Part shown: positions 1 to 64,000 of the stretch, one piece after another
Position numbering within the stretch: the first letter of the stretch is position 1
Layout: the number at the start of each line of letters is the position of its first letter
Source of the DNA: Iphione sp. A-MEVVRFRX5
Lineage: Eukaryota
Reading direction: 5' to 3'
Assembly (NCBI GenBank): GCA_976226885.1
Contig: OZ320313.1
Span: 53,382,001-53,446,000 of the forward strand
DNA length: 64,000 nt
Notes under the pieces: generated by a model
Told to the model about the DNA's origin: nothing
Database searches by the model: none
The model's input: the letters and a program-made list of their open reading frames with translations, nothing else
Position numbers and translations under genes: made by a program

Positions 1-354
1 CTCCCAGGCGGGGATTAGCGATTTAAAGCGTTTTCTAAGCTCCTGCAGGCGTGGGGACATCGGCTAACCCTCTAAAGAGGTAGAAGTGGAAGTAAATTTC
101 AGGTTTAAATCGCTAATCCATGCCATAAAAACGCCCAAATATATTTGCAGGGTAATTGATTATTTAGACATGTGGCCTTAAGGTGAGTTGCCCATTAATG
201 CGCATTGCCCACCATTCTGAGTACATGTATCTATTTCATTAAATTATAGAGAAAACACGTTTGGAACTAAGCAAAAACAGCCGTTCATGCGCGCCGCCTG
301 CCTGATTGATTTGCCCGTAAGGCGGGTTGCTACTGTACATGTAATTCAAAGGGT

Positions 355-2040
355 CTGGTAGTGGGCTAGGCAGACCCACTGTCACCAACTTCCAAAGGAT
401 CCAATTGGCCCCTCTTGAAGCAGAGGTCATTTCTTGGCAGATGGTCCTTTCCATTGCTGACAGCTGTCATAGGCCCGCTCACCATTCCAGGTATCTTTCC
501 TTGTACTAGGCCAAAAGAACCGAAACTGAAGGATACCATGGGTCTTCCCCAGCCCAAGGAGGCTCCCCAGGGCACCCTGCTGTATTTCTGCCCACAGAAG
601 GCCTGCTTGTTCACCAGAACATCATTGATCTCCCACCGGCGATTGACTACATCTTCGTCCTCCTGAAGGCATGCCCAATCCACAAGAAGCTGTCTTTCCT
701 CTCAGGGGAACTCCTTTTACAGCAGCAGATACAGGGCCTGGATGGGCCTACCCATGGTTCACAGATAGTGCTTCATTCCACTCTTCTGAGCTGAAGCATA
801 CATTCATTGTTGGCTCCCAGCACGTTCCCTCCATGCTGCCATCATTGGGAGCACTCCTCATGTGACAGTACATCCATATTGTTATGCATGCACCCAGGGT
901 AATGCGCTATCTGCAGGTCATGGCAAAAGGCTTGCAAAACCGCCAGAGTGAAGCACACTCCAGTTGCACTTGTACCCAGTAGCAGCTTATGTATGGCCAG
1001 AATTTCTGTAGGGTGTACACCACTGCCAGGGACACCCGTCATGTGATGCAGTGTAGTTCTGCTCAGGGATCAGACTCCAACTTGCATAGGCATGCACTCT
1101 CTCATGCCCATCATGCAGTTGGGATAGCACCACTCTGATCTCATAGAGAGAAGCATAGGTGTCGACAATTAGGTCCCCCTCAGGGCAAGGAGATGAAAAG
1201 ATGGTGCTTTGTCAAGCCTAGCTTGCAGCTGGATGAATGCCTCCCAACATTTGGCGAACCCCTTATACAAAGCTCCTGTAATACAAGCACATTCCCAAGA
1301 GGCTGAAGATTTCAGTCGGATAGGAGGGCTCCACCCAGTCCAGAACAGTCCTATCTTCTGGCAATCAGCTCCCACACTGAGTTCCGACACACTGTACCGC
1401 AGGTCCCCACCTTCAGGCTGGAAAATTTGGCATTTTTAAGTTTCCACCCAGCGTCTGCATTCCTCCCGTCGACTTAGCACTTCCCCCAAGCACATTTCCA
1501 GGACATCGCCCATCCAGGTATACAAGGCACTCCATCAACAGCATCCCCTGTGTCACGTCTGGACGAGATTGTATGAATAAATTCACTTCCGGTCTGAAGC
1601 AGCAAGGCGTTGTGTCTTGTTTCCTACATCTCTCTCCAAGTAAATCATTAATATATTACACCCTGTTAGATGACTCCTATCAAACATTTAGGGTGGACAG
1701 TGCATTGAAAAGCCTGAAGGGCACTCCTAGAATTAACATAAACCCCTGGGCATGCATAATGGCATCTTCTCCCGATTAGCCAGCAGCACCTCCACCTAAC
1801 AGTAACACAATAGTATGTCCTAGATGGAGAAGTACTGCACCCTTTGTCATGCATTCAGGGTGTCATCAATGTGCGGGAATGGGTATATATGCACTTCCTT
1901 CTTGGTACCGTCATTCAGCTGCTGATAGTCACTTGACCCCATGCTTGATCATTGTGCCGAACTCCAAAAGCCTGAGCTGTTCAGAGAGAAGCTGCCAAGC
2001 TAACTGTCTGATGGGGGCTGATCCAAGCAGGTCCATCTAA
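355..2040 (-). mobile_element. Degenerate Ty3/Gypsy LTR retrotransposon pol fragment (RT, RNase H, integrase zinc finger)
   Basis: Minus-strand translation across frameshifts and stops gives YPFPHIDDTL, ECLVYLD, KCQIFQ, LLGMCLYYRSFV*GFAK, IVDTYAS...VVLSQ...HAYASWSL...NY, HYPGCMHNNMDVLS and GKTH...RFFWP...DSCQQWK. Domain order is the Gypsy one. No LTRs recognised. Confidence 0.9.
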
Positions 2041-2516
2041 AAGAAAGAATAAAGGGATCGAACGTTACATAAATGAATTTCCAGACAAATTCACCTATAC
2101 AAAGGAGGGATGATATGAAACTTATAAAAACAAGCAACCAAAGTCAAATACACTGCACCACATGATGTGATCAGTATGAAAGAAGGTATGGTTACAGCGA
2201 AATGAAGGAATCATGTCATCACATCTAATGCATTCTTCTGCAAAACAATATTGTTCACCCTGAATGAAGTGACATGACAACTTCTTGGTTTTGAGACGTT
2301 TTATTGCTTGACTATTTGACAACTGGCTCCCCTGCACAGTCTCTTAGAAGTTATATAGTCAGTGTTACCCCGTGTGAGCTAATCCAACTTCAGTTTAATA
2401 AGCTCCGGCAAAGCTACAGTTCAGTGGCTTCCCTAGCTCTGGCAGAGCTGCAGTACAGTAGCTCTCCCCAACAGTGTAAAAGATAGGAGAAAATGGTTTT
2501 GGCATATGAGTAGCTA

Positions 2517-3043
2517 CAGGCCTGTAGCCAGGAATTTTTGTGGGGGGTACCGGTATCTGAAATTAGAGAGGTGGGACTCCTGGAGAGCAATTGATATATT
2601 TCCTCACATTTTCTTACATTTTCTCACATTTTTCCACTATTCCTCACTTCTTCTGGTCTTTGTGGGGGGTATGGAACAAACAGGGGGGAGGGGTCAGGGC
2701 ATAGCTAATAACGCTTCACCTAGAATTCAGATCAACTGCAGGCTAATGCTTAAAGAAAGGGCAGGTAACCCTTCACCAAGCATTGATTCTTTGATAACCC
2801 TTCACCACTAATTGCTCCATAACGCTTCGCGCATATTTAGAAGGGCAAACAATGTTTCAGGCTGAATTAAATCATCAATAACGCTTCACGAAAATAGTTG
2901 ACTCCCCCCCCCCCCCGTGAACAATATCCCTGATACCCCTTGGGGGGTATGGAACCATATCCCTGATACCCCTCGGCTACCAGCCTGGAGAGGTGAAAGT
3001 CTGGTTTGTATGTACCCCCGATACCCCCTTGGCCACGGGCCTG
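2517..3043. mobile_element. Non-autonomous TIR element (hAT-like MITE)
   Basis: Imperfect TIRs caggcctgtagccagg / cttggccacgggcctg flanked by tagcta on both sides (or gtagctac/gtagctat if the ends shift by 1 nt). Internal repeated ataacgcttc and gatacccc motifs. Confidence 0.65.
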
Positions 3044-4439
3044 TAGCTATATAAGATATTGAGGATTATTCAGTCAAATTTTGGGAGATTTCTGTGAAGA
3101 ATCGACAAAACTACAGCAGTGGAAATGTGGGACTTTTTAGGTAAAATTCAAGGCAGAGTGTCACTTGAACATTGAGGGTGCCTGAAACTAGGTCATCTTT
3201 CCAAGCAACACCTGGGGAGAATAGATGAGCTCATAAAGAAGGCCACCATGCAGGGTATGATGCCAAAGGCACTTGTCTATTATAGGCGTATATAATTCTT
3301 TGGAGCAACACCATTCGTTCACCCAGAAGTAACCTTATATTTAATGATGATCATTTTTTTTCACATGATATCAACACGCCATCTTCCCTGCAAGTTTGTC
3401 TGAACCCGTGCGAACTGCTCTGTTACAAGCCTAATTTAAACGTACGGTTTGCAAGTGGTCGATATTAATGCTGGAGGTGTTCCTTCCCTGCTACGCCATC
3501 TAGTATCAGTTACCAAATACAGGCACTTGTGCTGCCTCCTAGGTATACAAGTGTTGTAATACTTCCTGCTAAGCACCATCCCCCTAAAGATAGTTTGACG
3601 CTCTTTGATCCCCCTACGGCAAAGTTTAAAGACAATTTTAGGTGAATACATGTATATTGTACACATTGTTGAACAAAGATGTCCTGTGTGAATTTTTACA
3701 AAATGAAACTTTCAAAAGCTGGTCCGTTTACTTTTAAATTCAGGAAATGTACCCTTACACAGGCATAGTTACCAGTAAATCGACGGACGTTATCGGCAGT
3801 GGTAAAGAAAAGAAAACTACGGACATATACTGTATTTCAAACTCATTACACTGCATCCTTTAAATCAGCCATAAAATTACTGCCGAGTGAATGAATAAAT
3901 ATGACCATTTCATCCGAAAATGACTGATCAGTTGCAGTTCTGACGTAATGGTTTTCCTTCTAATTTCTTATTCTGTTCATATTTGTGCTTGGATAAAATG
4001 GAGGGTTAGGGCAAAATTTACTCTAATTTAAAATATCGTTACATTCTAGCATAGTTGCAGCAAAATTGCAAATTAATGCTGTTCTGCATTTCATCATTTA
4101 TAAGTACAAAACATGCAGTGATCGATCTGAACCAACGTATCAACATGCTTATGTGGAAAATGCTTCTTCTCAGCTTCATTAGCAATATTTGATGTTCCCC
4201 TGTATTTTAGTTTAGGGGTACACTTACCATTGGCATTACCTGCCAGTATGCATGTTTTGTTGTTGTTGTTGTTATTTTACTGTTTTCAAAACAAGCACAA
4301 AAGACTTAACTTGCCAATGTAGTTTGTGTACTACTGAACTGCACATCATGGTTACTAGCTGTCAGATCCATAATACTTATACATGTAGTACCTTTTTACA
4401 ATGAAAATATCATAACAGCCTTGTATCCGTGGGGCGCGC

Positions 4440-5089
4440 GATAGAGGAAGTTCACCATCCCCAGGCCGTGGTCCCATTTTCTATTCCCCACTTCTGATTG
4501 GTCAGAAGGGGAGGTCATTTCTATGGTGACTAAGTGCCTTGGGGTCATGATGTGACGTAAGCAGACAGACTGCAGTCTGATCGGAGAAGCCCCTCCAAAC
4601 AGAACGCACTTCTTTCGCGGATGAATATCAGACCTCGTTTCCTGCACGTAAAAGTTTCCCGAAAGTTTTCGGCTTTGGTGCAATTTATCACTGATATAAT
4701 AAATAGGGAAATATGATGGAATTAATTATGTATGCTTCCGATGGCGGTCTGTATATTAGAACTTGTTAGTGTGAAAAAGACGTGTTAACATCGCAAACTG
4801 CGAGGACTATCTTCTGTCACGCTGAAGGATATCACGCACCGTGTTAAGCTATGAGGAGGTAATTGTAAATCTAAGTCAATTTCGCAGGAACTTTTAAGGT
4901 GTCCCTTCCTAACACCGAGTTATCCAGGAAAACTTCAGGGATTTTCACGTTGCTGTCCAAGAAGCGGTCACTAACATTCGGATTTACACATCGGTGTGGC
5001 AGTGGGACCCAGTTTGTGGGGTTTGAAGGAGAGTTTGTGGCGTTGAGGACTCCCAAACCTCGCGCCGTCGGACACTCTGGGAAAAAACC
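4440..5089 (+). promoter_or_regulatory. YAP promoter/5' UTR region
   Basis: CpG-rich region directly upstream of the ATG. Reverse CCAAT at 4497-4501, X-box-like ATTTCTATGGTGAC at 4517-4530, CRE-like TGACGTAA at 4553-4560, YY1-like CGATGGCGG near 4740. TSS not determinable. Confidence 0.55.
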
Positions 5090-61809
<56,720 letters not shown>

Positions 61810-64000
61810 AGCCGGTCTGTGAGCCGCCACCGTCGGCAGGCCGTGTCCCCAGCGCCGGGTGACCGCTGACCCTGCCCTGCCCTTTTAAACCGATCGGCCC
61901 TGGGCCCCACATGACCAAGGGCGGGGCGGTCACCATTTCGTCCCCGGCGCAGGGGCCCGCCCCCGCCGATGGCTGCGCCGGCCCTCCGGGAGGCCGCGTC
62001 TCCCTCTCCTCCACCCGCGTACCCTCTACAGAAACACTACTGACGCCCACATCGACAGATACACCTCTTTCTTGGTCCCCACTTCGCTAGACTGTAGCAG
62101 CTGTGCCGGGGCATCTTCCTGTTATGTTTCATATTGTATATTGTTATTTAGTTCCGTAGAGAAAGAGAACAAACAGAAACGAGAGTCAAACGGAAACGTA
62201 CAGAATTTTCAATTCTAGAGCTGTGAATTTCCCTACTTTTTGTATTTGTCTACACTGTATATGAAACATTGAACGATGCACTTTCGTTACATTTCCATTG
62301 AAAAACTGAATGAAAAAATGTTTTAAAATCAGGGAAAACTTTGAGAAAATGTACTATAGCAAGAGCTTTTGATACTATCACTTGATTGCAACATTTATAT
62401 AAACTAAGTGCATGTGGTTACAAATGTATTTTTTCTTGCCAGTTTTGAATGGTGTTTGCTACACTGTCTGTCGCCTCGACTAAGCGTTTCGTCTAGGTCC
62501 CATTACAAGGTCTTGTCCTATTGCTTAGAAGGCAGGCTTCACTGAACTGAAACAAACCATCCTGTCAACTACTTGTAAGGTACTTATCAATGAGCTCGGC
62601 TCAGTATAAGTGTCTTTTTTGTTCCATAAGTATTGGTGCTTGAAGTTTTTGCCTTGTAACCGTTTTCCCATCTACACCAATGTTTTCAGTCGTGTTGTGC
62701 ATCGTTATGTTCTATGTTAACCACTCCTCTATGTTTCGCTGCGTCTATTTTGTATACGCTCAACTATATGTACATAAACTCCATTATTCAAAGATGTGTT
62801 TCGATGAAAATTGTAGGCAGTGTTGGACACCTCCAAAAGGGTTTCTCCCTGGTGAGAAAACTTAAAAATATCAAAATGACAAAAAAGTCTTCCTGTGTTC
62901 AAGGTGGAAGCATATATTTGTTACGATTTAACATATCAGAGTCTGCTTATTTGTTCTCTTGTATTACCAATATATACCAAAAGGCATGTTGGGATTTTGT
63001 CCGAGAGAAAAAAAAACGAAAAAAAAAATCCAAACATTTCCACTTTGGAAGAGAACAAGCCTCTATATTCATTAGGGTGTGCCGTTTCGATGGACCGCTT
63101 TTAAGGGCTTCGTGTACCTGTTGCCCAGTTTGTTAGCTTTGATGGGAAGATGAGTGAGGAGACGTACGGAATTGTAACCCTTTTGCTGAGAAGAAAGAAC
63201 AAAAAAAATTATATATATGCATTTCATGCTATTCCAGGTGTACCGCAGGCACACATTCTCCCAATCATGCCAGGGGAGGAGTTAATTGACTGGGACACTT
63301 TCTAAAACATAGATTCCCGTGTAATCTATGACAGATACAGAAGTCTATAGTTTTGTATTCTACTACTTGACTCTACCTCTTGGTACATAGCTATGGTATA
63401 GGTATCCTTCGGAAGCCAGAGGGTGTTTGTTTGAGCGTGAGCATGCATCTGAATGAGAAAGACAATTCTATGTACAGTCTATATATATCGATACATATCA
63501 ATGTAGCTAACATGCTATTCGACGTTAAGTGTACTTCTCTCATGGAGTGTATTTTTTTATTAATCGATGGCAGTATTCCTACTTTCTTACGTCAATCAAT
63601 GTTTATCAGTCAGTATCGTTTGCCATCAACGAGGCAGTTTTAATGACGAGGAATGAAACCTTTTTGAAGTGATAACGCTTATGGTTAATTATTCGATTTC
63701 AGTGATTTTATGTGTTTTGGGGGTATACACTCTGAAGTTATTATATTTCTGTCTGTAATTAAACTATCTCTTACGTAATGTTAGCACTGCATGATTTTCA
63801 TGGTCTTAACTTCCACGTGTCCGATGCATTACGTTAATTTTGTACGCGGAGGATTTTTAAATGGAACATGATAGGCAAGTAGAACTTCGTAATGTCATAA
63901 ACTTCCATGCTCATAGAAAAGGATGGTAGAACGAATACGTTCTTAGATTTGCAGATGCTTTGCAGTTACCTATCATAAGCAGAAAATGCAAACTTGAATC
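61810..64000 (+). other. Probable YAP 3' UTR: GC-rich first ~250 nt, then AT-rich; end not defined
   Basis: Follows the stop codon. No clear AATAAA seen; ATTAAA near 63757 is the only candidate poly(A) signal I noticed. Confidence 0.55.

Noticed and set aside
3050-4400. Possible exons of a divergent upstream gene
   Set aside because: No frame gave a recognisable protein with consistent splice sites.

Overview
Animal genomic scaffold with three N gaps. Taxon is uncertain: an invertebrate, possibly amphioxus-like, inferred only from base composition and repeat style. Almost the whole window is one + strand gene, a YAP1/Yorkie (Hippo pathway co-activator) orthologue. I reconstructed it by hand as 7 coding exons: join(5090..5550,36172..36461,36873..37228,51924..52095,52461..52544,61161..61300,61747..61809). 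This gives 1566 nt, 521 aa plus stop, with all introns GT-AG and phase-consistent. The protein has a TEAD-binding domain, HxRxxS LATS sites, two WW domains, a coiled coil, a DSG motif, an acidic TAD and a C-terminal -LTWL PDZ-binding motif. Upstream is a decayed Ty3/Gypsy pol. The large introns (30.6, 14.7 and 8.6 kb) hold Tc1/mariner-, Harbinger- and hAT-type MITEs, Helentron-associated (HINE-like) elements, SINE and CR1 remnants, minisatellites and CpG-rich putative regulatory islands. The best lead is just after the coiled-coil exon: a second donor exactly 12 nt downstream (+VWNK) and a frame-preserving 36-nt candidate cassette exon. Together they mirror the vertebrate YAP1 alpha/beta/gamma/delta splice switch. 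Splice variants and regulatory calls are sequence-based inferences, not expression-validated.
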